Below, piece by piece: positions 46,558 through 53,576 of a DNA stretch of 64,000 bases; position 1 is the first letter of the stretch, and every line of letters starts with the position of its first letter. Position numbers and translations under genes: made by a program. The stretch comes from Gemmatimonadota bacterium. GTDB lineage: Bacteria > Gemmatimonadota > Gemmatimonadetes > Palauibacterales > Palauibacteraceae. The notes under the pieces were generated by a model. The model did not search any database, had not been told where the DNA came from, and saw only the letters and a program-made list of their open reading frames with translations. The stretch covers positions 2,036-66,035 of the forward strand of contig JBDHAD010000002.1 of assembly GCA_039588215.1 (NCBI GenBank), written 5' to 3'.

Positions 46558-47796
46558 TTGGCTGAGGTCACGCGCAGGATCGGGCTTTCGCTCGGGGCAG
46601 ATGTGTGCTGGCCGATCTGCTACCAGGAGATCCTGCGGCGACTCGACCTCGCGATCCCCTGGCAGGGCGACACGCTGCGATTCGAGGTGGAGCGCGTCAC
46701 GATCGAGCCGTTCGACCTGCGGCAGCCGTGCCGCTATGACGTGGTGATCGATCGCCTCACGCACTGGTATCACACCACGCGAGAATGGATCAAGAAGGCG
46801 GTGATGCTCGATGGGCTGTACGTGTTCAACAACCCGTGGAGTGTCCAGTCGATGGAGAAGCAGACCACGTACTCCGCGATGATGCGACTGGGTCTCCCGA
46901 TCCCCGACACATGGCTCGTCCCCCCCAAGTCGTACGACCCGAAGGAAGACCTTCAAATCACGCTCGAGCGGTACGCACGCATGTTCGACCTGGGAGAGAT
47001 CGGCCGCTCCCTCGGCTATCCGCTGTTCATGAAGCCGTACGACGGTGGCGGGTGGAAGGGAGTTTCGCGGATCCCGGACGAACAGGCGCTGCGCGCCGCA
47101 TACGAGGAGAGCGGGGTCTTCGTCATGCACCTTCAGGGTGCGGTCGAGCCTCACGACCTGTTCGTACGCTGCATCGGTTTGGGTCCTCAGACCCACATGA
47201 TAAGGTACGATCCGGAGGCGCCGCTTCACGATCGCTACACGATGAGCCGGGATTTTCTTGAAGAAGAGGACGCGGTGCTGCTCCGCGATCTCACGCTCAC
47301 GATCAACACCTTCTTCGGGTGGGATTTCAACTCGTGCGAAGCGCTCCGGGGCGGGGGTACGTGGCACCCGATCGATTTTGCCAATCCGTGTCCGGACTCG
47401 CAGGTCACCTCGCTTCATTATCACTTTCCGTGGCTGATCGTGGCCAACATTCGATGGTCCATTTTCTGCGCGGCCACCAAGCGCCCCATGCGGCCGAACT
47501 TGGATTGGCAGCCCTATTTCGACGCGTGTGAGGAGGGGATGACGCTGGGGGAGCGCTTGCGCGCCTGCGCGACGATTGCCTACGGGCGGCTCGAGGCGGA
47601 CCGTTTCGGGGAGTTCTGCGCAACACACCTCGCGCAACTGGATCAGGTAGCTGATGAGTTCTTCGGCTCCGACATGGCCCGCGATGCCGTCCACCAAAAG
47701 GTGCGTGCGTTGTATCCTGCTGACGAGGTGGAGGAGTTCACGGAGCTGTTCTGGCAGCGGATCCAGAAAGCGCGGGCGGACGGGATCGAGACTTAG
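46558..47796 (+). CDS. Divergent ATP-grasp-like protein (RimK / glutathione-synthetase-like)
   Basis: TTG 46558 has GAGAGG 8 nt upstream. GYPLFMKPYDGGGWKGVSRI (ATP-grasp K-loop), VFVMHLQ, HPIDFANPCPD (metal-site-like E/D-x-N). 412 aa. Not collinear with A1-A3. Confidence 0.7.
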   Translation: MAEVTRRIGLSLGADVCWPICYQEILRRLDLAIPWQGDTLRFEVERVTIEPFDLRQPCRYDVVIDRLTHWYHTTREWIKKAVMLDGLYVFNNPWSVQSMEKQTTYSAMMRLGLPIPDTWLVPPKSYDPKEDLQITLERYARMFDLGEIGRSLGYPLFMKPYDGGGWKGVSRIPDEQALRAAYEESGVFVMHLQGAVEPHDLFVRCIGLGPQTHMIRYDPEAPLHDRYTMSRDFLEEEDAVLLRDLTLTINTFFGWDFNSCEALRGGGTWHPIDFANPCPDSQVTSLHYHFPWLIVANIRWSIFCAATKRPMRPNLDWQPYFDACEEGMTLGERLRACATIAYGRLEADRFGEFCATHLAQLDQVADEFFGSDMARDAVHQKVRALYPADEVEEFTELFWQRIQKARADGIET

Positions 47797-47855
47797 TAGA
47801 TCCTCGAGGGGCCTCGAGCGGTCTGTATTACTGACGAGCGCGTAGAAGGGAATCG

Positions 47856-48614
47856 ATGAAGGCAAGCACGAGTTGGCACTCGGGACATCTGGATCAGCGC
47901 GTCTCCGTGGTTCGGTGGGGTGAGATCGGGACGCCGGTCCTCATCTTCCCAACGGCGGGCGGCGACGCGGAGGAGATCGAGCGGTTCCTGGTCATCGATA
48001 CGCTCGCCGAGTACATGGAAGCGGGGCGCATCAAGATCTACTCGTGCGATAGCGTGGCGGGACGCGTGATGCTCGGAAAGGAAGGGTCGCCCGAGCACCG
48101 GATGCGCGTGATGAACCGCTTTCAAAACTTCGTCTACCACGAGCTCGTGCCGTCAATCCGGGAGGACTGTCACACCGAGGATGTCGGCATCATCGCGGCC
48201 GGTGCGTCGATCGGTGCCTTCAACGCGCTCGCCGCCCTGTGCCGTTACCCCGACGCCTTCACACACGCGTTGTGTATGAGTGGAACGTACGACCTGCAGC
48301 GTTTTCTCGAGGCGGGGCTGACGGAGGACTTCTACTTCTCGTCACCGCTTCACTATCTGCCCGACCTCGAAGGGCCACTGCTCGAGATGCTGCGGACGCG
48401 TTACGTGTTGCTCGCGTCGGGCCGGGGAGAGGCGGAGGACATCACGGAATCGTGGCGCGTCGCGGCGCTCCTGGGACGCAAGGGCGTGCCGAATCGACTG
48501 GACGATTGGGGGGAGGATTGGCCCCACGATTGGCCCACGTGGCGCAACATGCTGTACCGCTATCTGGATGAGCTCGTGCCTGCCGTCGAATCAGCGACGG
48601 AGGCCGGCCCCTAG
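47856..48614 (+). CDS. Esterase-family serine hydrolase (PF00756-like), short form
   Basis: ATG 47856 has GAAGGG upstream. VLIFPTAGGD, nucleophile elbow IIAAGASIGAFNAL, C-terminal DWPHDWPTW (His). Its stop overlaps the convergent glgP stop (CTAG at 48611-48614). Confidence 0.75.
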   Translation: MKASTSWHSGHLDQRVSVVRWGEIGTPVLIFPTAGGDAEEIERFLVIDTLAEYMEAGRIKIYSCDSVAGRVMLGKEGSPEHRMRVMNRFQNFVYHELVPSIREDCHTEDVGIIAAGASIGAFNALAALCRYPDAFTHALCMSGTYDLQRFLEAGLTEDFYFSSPLHYLPDLEGPLLEMLRTRYVLLASGRGEAEDITESWRVAALLGRKGVPNRLDDWGEDWPHDWPTWRNMLYRYLDELVPAVESATEAGP

Positions 48615-50815
48615 ACGGTCGGTGGGTCGTCACCGGGGCTCACTCCGGTCAGCCCCGGCACGTAGTAATCCCGTGCGTAATCCTGCACCATCCGCCGAGC
48701 CGTGAACCGCTGGGCCGCAACGACCAGCGCGGCTTTCATGCGTTGGATCCAGCCCACGGGTATTCCAGTGCGATCTCGCTCGTAGAAGAGCGGGATCACC
48801 TCCTCCTCCAGCAAACCGTAGAGGTGCTCGGCGTCTAGCGCGTCCGTTTCCTCGGTGGTTTGCTCGTCCTCCGCGTCGCGCGGCGCGGGTGGAATCGACC
48901 ACCCGTTCATCCCGGTGAACCCCTCCTCCCACCACCCGTCAGTGGTGCCCAATTGTGGCACGCCGTTCAGTGCTGCCTTCATGCCGCTGGTCCCGCTCGC
49001 CTCGCGGGGTACGCGGGGGAGGTTGACCCACAGGTCCACCCCCTCGACGAGGCGGTGCGCGACGTGGAGCCCGTAGTCTTCCAGGAATGCGATGCGTCCC
49101 TCGAAGCGCTGATCACGAGTGTGGGAATAGACCGCTTGCAGAACCTCCTTGCCACGCTCGTCACGTGGGTGGGCCTTACCCGCGAATATGAGCTGAACCG
49201 GTCGCCAGGGGTCCGAGAGCAAACGCAGGAAGCGTTCGACGTCGCTGAAGATGAGATCGGCGCGCTTGTAGGCCGCGAAGCGACGAGCAAAGCCGATCGT
49301 GAGAGGGAAGGGGCTCAGGAGCGTGCCGGCACCAACGAGGTGGGCCGCTTCCTGCCAGTGATCGCGCCAGTGGCGCCGAGCCTCTTCGCGCATGAAATCG
49401 ATGAGCCCGAGCTTCAGTCGCTGGTGAACGGTCCAAAGCCCGTGGTCGGGGATGTCGAAGATCCCCTCCCACATCTCCGGTTCCTCGAGACGATGTCCCC
49501 AGTCCTTTCCGAGGTACCTGTCCAACAGAGCCATTACGTCGTTGTTCATCCAGTTGGCGAGGTGGACCCCGTTCGTCACGTGGCCGATCGGGATGTCATC
49601 GACCGCGCGTCCCTTCCACAGGCTCTGCCAGATATCACGGGTGACCTTGCCGTGGCGCTCGGACACGGCGTTCACACGCCGCGAGAGGCGGATGCCGGCC
49701 GCCGTCATGTGGAAGCGACCGCCGTCGAGCTCCGGGTGTTCGCCCAGCTTGAGCAGCTCGTCCTGGTCACCGAGCTCGTCCCAATAGGAGCCCGCCCATT
49801 CCCGGATTTGGGCTTGCGTGAAGATGTCGTGGCCAGCCGGCACCGGCGTGTGGGTCGTGAACACGCTGTTCGCTCTGACACTCTCGACGGCCTCATCGAG
49901 GGGCACGCCCTGCTTCACGAGCTGCCGAACCCTCTCGACCAGCATGAAAGCGGCGTGCCCCTCGTTGGCGTGCCAAGCGCGTGGCTCGATTCCGAGAGCC
50001 TTGAGGACGCGCACGCCCCCGATGCCCAGGAGCCCTTCCTGGCGGAGCCGGAGATCGGCCCCTCCGGCGTACAGCTTGTGGGACAGCTCCCGATCCGCGC
50101 CCTCGTTCTCGTCGAGGTCGGTGTCCAGCAGGTAGATCGAGACGCGACCCACACGCACCCGCCAGGCCCCGACATGGACCTTGCGGCCCGAGCTGACGAT
50201 CGATGTCAGGTACGGCTCGCCGTCCGGTCCGGAGAGTGGCTCGAGCGCGGTCCGCGCGGGGTCGAACGTCTCGTCTCCGTCCTCCTGCCAGCCGTCCAAC
50301 CGGAGGGCCTGGTCGAAGTATCCCCGAGTGTATAACAGACCGACCCCGACCAGGGGCACGCCGAGATCCGATGCCGCCTTGCAGTGGTCCCCGGCCAACA
50401 CCCCCAGCCCGCCGGAGTAGATGGGGACGGAGTTGTGCAATCCGAACTCCGCGCAGAAATACGCGATCGGCTTGTCCAGGTGCTCGGGGTAGCGCTGCGC
50501 GAACCAGGTGTGCTCCGAGGTCGACTCGTGCTCGATGGTTGCGATGACCGCTTCGTAGCGCTCGAGAAAACGTCCGTCTGCTGCCAGGCCGGCGAGCCGC
50601 TCGGGCTTCACCCGCAGGAGGAGCTCCACCGGGTTATGGCGGGTCATGCGCCACAAAGGGAGATCGATCGACCGAAACAGGTCGCGTGCGTCGCGGTCCC
50701 ACGTCCAGGTGAGATTCATCGCGACGTTCCACAGCTTGTCGATACGCTTCGGGATCTCGGGTCGCTCGCGTGGGATCGTCGCTGCGAGCCTCGACCGCGT
50801 CGTCGATTTCGCCAT
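48611..50815 (-). CDS. glgP: Alpha-glucan (glycogen/maltodextrin) phosphorylase, GT35 'alpha-glucan family' type
   Basis: Start moved to ATG 50815 (GGGAGGGG directly upstream). NLTWTWD, YFCAEFG, YSGGLGVLAGDH, EASGTSGMKAALNG (PLP-lysine motif). Confidence 0.9.
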   Translation of the reverse strand: MAKSTTRSRLAATIPRERPEIPKRIDKLWNVAMNLTWTWDRDARDLFRSIDLPLWRMTRHNPVELLLRVKPERLAGLAADGRFLERYEAVIATIEHESTSEHTWFAQRYPEHLDKPIAYFCAEFGLHNSVPIYSGGLGVLAGDHCKAASDLGVPLVGVGLLYTRGYFDQALRLDGWQEDGDETFDPARTALEPLSGPDGEPYLTSIVSSGRKVHVGAWRVRVGRVSIYLLDTDLDENEGADRELSHKLYAGGADLRLRQEGLLGIGGVRVLKALGIEPRAWHANEGHAAFMLVERVRQLVKQGVPLDEAVESVRANSVFTTHTPVPAGHDIFTQAQIREWAGSYWDELGDQDELLKLGEHPELDGGRFHMTAAGIRLSRRVNAVSERHGKVTRDIWQSLWKGRAVDDIPIGHVTNGVHLANWMNNDVMALLDRYLGKDWGHRLEEPEMWEGIFDIPDHGLWTVHQRLKLGLIDFMREEARRHWRDHWQEAAHLVGAGTLLSPFPLTIGFARRFAAYKRADLIFSDVERFLRLLSDPWRPVQLIFAGKAHPRDERGKEVLQAVYSHTRDQRFEGRIAFLEDYGLHVAHRLVEGVDLWVNLPRVPREASGTSGMKAALNGVPQLGTTDGWWEEGFTGMNGWSIPPAPRDAEDEQTTEETDALDAEHLYGLLEEEVIPLFYERDRTGIPVGWIQRMKAALVVAAQRFTARRMVQDYARDYYVPGLTGVSPGDDPPTV

Positions 50816-50924
50816 TCCCCTCCCATCCATGCCTGGCGGCCGGACCCGGGTCGTCACGACCGGGTCACAACCGGGCCGGAAACTACAAGGTTTGCACACT
50901 CATGCCAGGTGGGGAGCAAGAAGA

Positions 50925-50949
50925 AGGCCCCGCCGGAGTGGCGGGGCCT
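50925..50949 (-). terminator. Rho-independent-type terminator after the ECF-sigma operon
   Basis: AGGCCCCGCC-ggagt-GGCGGGGCCT is a perfect 10-bp stem. On the minus strand it is followed by TCTTCTT. It lies 54 nt downstream of the gene ending at 51003. Confidence 0.55.
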
Positions 50950-51002
50950 CGGTCGTCAGCGGGACCTACGTCGTATGCCGCGATGACGTCGACCGCGATG
51001 AA

Positions 51003-51701
51003 CTACCTCTTGTGCATGACCGGGCTGAGCTGGAAGCCGGTGGCGTTCCAGACCAGGGATCCTATGGAGGCGGTCGTGGCGATCTCCAGCAGGATAGCCT
51101 CCGTTGCTCCGCCGACCACTTCGACCCGGTCCATCTGGATCTTGTACCCGGACTGTTCGGCGCTCGGGATCCTGATCTCGTACGTTCCCGGGTCCAGGTC
51201 CTGTCCACCGACATTGATCGTCTGCGCGAGCGTCAACGTCGAGGTCGAGAAGTAGAGCCGCACCTGGTTATAGAAGCCGGCGACCAGCGAGCCACTTGCG
51301 ACTTCAACCCCGCCGGTGGTGGGGAGGCTCATGAGGTCGATGGGGGTTTCGGTTCCGAGGTCGAGAGTGACCCAGCCTCCACCCGTCCCGGCGCCGCTCT
51401 CTCCGCCTTCGCTTCCCTCACCTTCGCCCGTCCCATCACCTTCAGCTTCGCTTCCGTCACCGGTCCGGTGGATGTCGACGCGCGTCACGGCGAGGTCGAT
51501 CGATCCGACCGCTGCCACCGGCACGTCACCGAGGCTGAGGCGCAGCCCGGCAGGCACGGTTGAAGCGGCGACCGACCCGTCACCGGCGAGCAGGATGCTG
51601 GCCTGTCCAGTCTCCACTCCGGTGGTGTCGCTGCATGCGCTGAAGACCGCGGCCCCGGTCAAGAGCAGCACGGCGGCTAGAGTCTGGTATCGTCTGAGCA
51701 T
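51003..51701 (-). CDS. DUF4382-like lipoprotein
   Basis: ATG 51701 (MLRRYQTLAAVLLLTGAAVFSAC, a lipobox). WVTLDLG..PIDLMSL...LVAGFYNQVRLYF...IRIPSAEQSGYKI matches the DUF4382 pattern. Contains an acidic Gly/Glu/Asp-rich linker. Confidence 0.75.
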   Translation of the reverse strand: MLRRYQTLAAVLLLTGAAVFSACSDTTGVETGQASILLAGDGSVAASTVPAGLRLSLGDVPVAAVGSIDLAVTRVDIHRTGDGSEAEGDGTGEGEGSEGGESGAGTGGGWVTLDLGTETPIDLMSLPTTGGVEVASGSLVAGFYNQVRLYFSTSTLTLAQTINVGGQDLDPGTYEIRIPSAEQSGYKIQMDRVEVVGGATEAILLEIATTASIGSLVWNATGFQLSPVMHKR

Positions 51702-51876
51702 TTTTCCACCTCTGCCAAATGGCGGGTGGGGGATCCCAAATGCGCTCCCCCAAACGTTCGGTTCGGAGGATGTCGTGGCAAGAGGCATACCACAGGTATC
51801 GGGCGTTCAGAATGACCGGGTGAAGGGCGAAACGCCCGGAGCGGGGTCCTTGCCGCTGCCCAGGATCGTGAAAAGT

Positions 51877-52374
51877 CTATCGGTGCGGGCGCAACGACAG
51901 CCCGCCAGGCGGGGCCCCTTCTCCCCGTCGATCCCCCGTGTCGGCGGGCATGAGCCCGCGGTCACGAGCTCGCGGACCGCGAGGACCTCGCCGCTGCGGC
52001 ATCATCTCATCGAGTAGCTCTTGTTGCTCGGAGGTCAGGACCTCTCGGATGTCCACCCGCGTCGATTCCATGATGGCGCTCAGGCGTGGCATCGCCAGGC
52101 GCAGAATCGAGTCGGTTTCCGGTTGTCTGCGCTCCAGGATCGCCTGGATCTCGGCGCGCTGTTCCGGCGTCAGATCGATGCGCTCGAGCTGTGGAGGCAG
52201 GACGCCTCGGCGAGCGAGCGAGGGTGGCATGCGGATCGTCTGCGCGCGCTCTCCCGAGGCCGTCCGGGCGTGTTCGATGGCCACTCCGGCCAGGCCTCCG
52301 CTGAGAAACGCGAGGGCTAGCAACAGGAGACCTTGCAGACGGAGCCGTCCTAGTGACTCGACGCCCTTTTTCAC
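51877..52374 (-). CDS. Periplasmic Spy/CpxP/ZraP-like protein (heavy-metal sensor family)
   Basis: Signal/TM anchor. LTPEQRAEIQAILERR and LTSEQQELLDEM, the LTxxQ repeats of the family. Overlaps the upstream gene by 4 nt. Confidence 0.75.
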   Translation of the reverse strand: MKKGVESLGRLRLQGLLLLALAFLSGGLAGVAIEHARTASGERAQTIRMPPSLARRGVLPPQLERIDLTPEQRAEIQAILERRQPETDSILRLAMPRLSAIMESTRVDIREVLTSEQQELLDEMMPQRRGPRGPRARDRGLMPADTGDRRGEGAPPGGLSLRPHR

Positions 52375-52841
52375 TGTTCCTCCTCGGAGAAAACCAGCTC
52401 CGCCGGCCCCGGGATCTCATCACCGGAGACCCAGTCCGCCACGTAGGCCGGCACCCCTAACGCCTGCGCCAGCTGGACGTCCGCGGATCCCGTCTCCGCG
52501 GGCGGGTGCTCGACGAGCCTCAAGGTCGCCAGTGAGGCGAGCGTGATGGCCGCCGCCACGGGCAACAGCACCCGCTGCCAGCCTCGAATGACTCTCACCA
52601 CGGCGATGGCGAGCTCGTCCAAGGCCGCGATCTCAGGACTCGCGGCGTGACCGCTCCGGCGTGTGAGTTCTCCTGCCGCCCGGGCCGCGATGCTCCGGAC
52701 CAGAGGCTCGAACCGAGTCGGGTCCGCGGTCGGATCCAACACGCTCAGGTCGATGCGGTCGGTCATTCCGGAGCCATCATCCGAACCTCCCGGGCCACCG
52801 CCTCCAAAGGCGCCACCCGTCGTGCCGTGATCTTCATCCAT
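52371..52841 (-). CDS. Putative membrane-anchored anti-sigma factor
   Basis: 156 aa. Overlaps the sigma gene by 8 nt. Single TM helix (VLLPVAAAITLASLATL) and position immediately downstream of an ECF sigma. No sequence motif recognised. Confidence 0.55.
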   Translation of the reverse strand: MDEDHGTTGGAFGGGGPGGSDDGSGMTDRIDLSVLDPTADPTRFEPLVRSIAARAAGELTRRSGHAASPEIAALDELAIAVVRVIRGWQRVLLPVAAAITLASLATLRLVEHPPAETGSADVQLAQALGVPAYVADWVSGDEIPGPAELVFSEEEQ

Positions 52842-53433
52842 TCAGATACTCCCTCGCGTACTCCTCACCGAGTGTCGCCCGCATTCGACGACGTGCCTGC
52901 ATCAGATGATACCGGGACATGCCGACCGAGAGGTCCAGCGCCCCGGCGATCTCACGGTGCTGCCGTCCATCCAGATCGTGGAGGAGCAGCACTTCGCGCT
53001 GGATCGACGAGAGAGCGCCGAGAGCCTCCTCCAGATGGGCGCGGAGCTCATCACGTGCCAGGTCCCTCGGGGGACCGCTGTCTCCGGGTCCTGCCACCCG
53101 GACGGCCGCGGCGCGGGTTGCGGGGACGCTCTCGTGATCCGGTCCGCGACGCAGGCCCAGATACGCCCGATAATTGTGCGCTCGGTTGCGGACGATCGAG
53201 AGCAACCAGGCGCCGAACCGGGCAGGGTCACAGTCATCCAGCCGTTCCAGCGCCCGTAGGAACGCGTCCTGGCAGACATCTTCCGCTTCCATCGCGGTTC
53301 CCAACTGGCCGAGCGCAACGGCGAACGCGGCCCGGTAGTACCGGCGAACCAGCGCCTCGAACGCCACGCCATCGCCCTTTCGGGCACGAGCAACCAGTGA
53401 CGCATCTTGAATGTCTGCGTGACCGTCAACCAT
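52834..53433 (-). CDS. ECF-type RNA polymerase sigma-70 factor
   Basis: Region 2 (FEALVRRYYRAAFAVALG...DVCQDAFLRA) and region 4 HTH (LSSIQREVLLLHDLDGRQHREIAGALDLSVGMSRYHLMQARRRM). Confidence 0.9.
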   Translation of the reverse strand: MVDGHADIQDASLVARARKGDGVAFEALVRRYYRAAFAVALGQLGTAMEAEDVCQDAFLRALERLDDCDPARFGAWLLSIVRNRAHNYRAYLGLRRGPDHESVPATRAAAVRVAGPGDSGPPRDLARDELRAHLEEALGALSSIQREVLLLHDLDGRQHREIAGALDLSVGMSRYHLMQARRRMRATLGEEYAREYLNG

Positions 53434-53576
53434 TTAGACCCGTCCTACGGGATATGACAGGCGAGCACCACCGCCCGTTAAGGACGACGCGGAACGCTGA
53501 CATGAAGCTGGTCCGTCAACTTGCCCCACTGTACGACGAGGCCCATCCTCAGCGGAACATCTAATCGGGGGAGCAC

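Noticed and set aside
48611-48614. Convergent esterase and glgP genes share overlapping stop codons (CTAG).
   Set aside because: This is real but probably just compact gene packing. No hairpin or other signal accompanies it.
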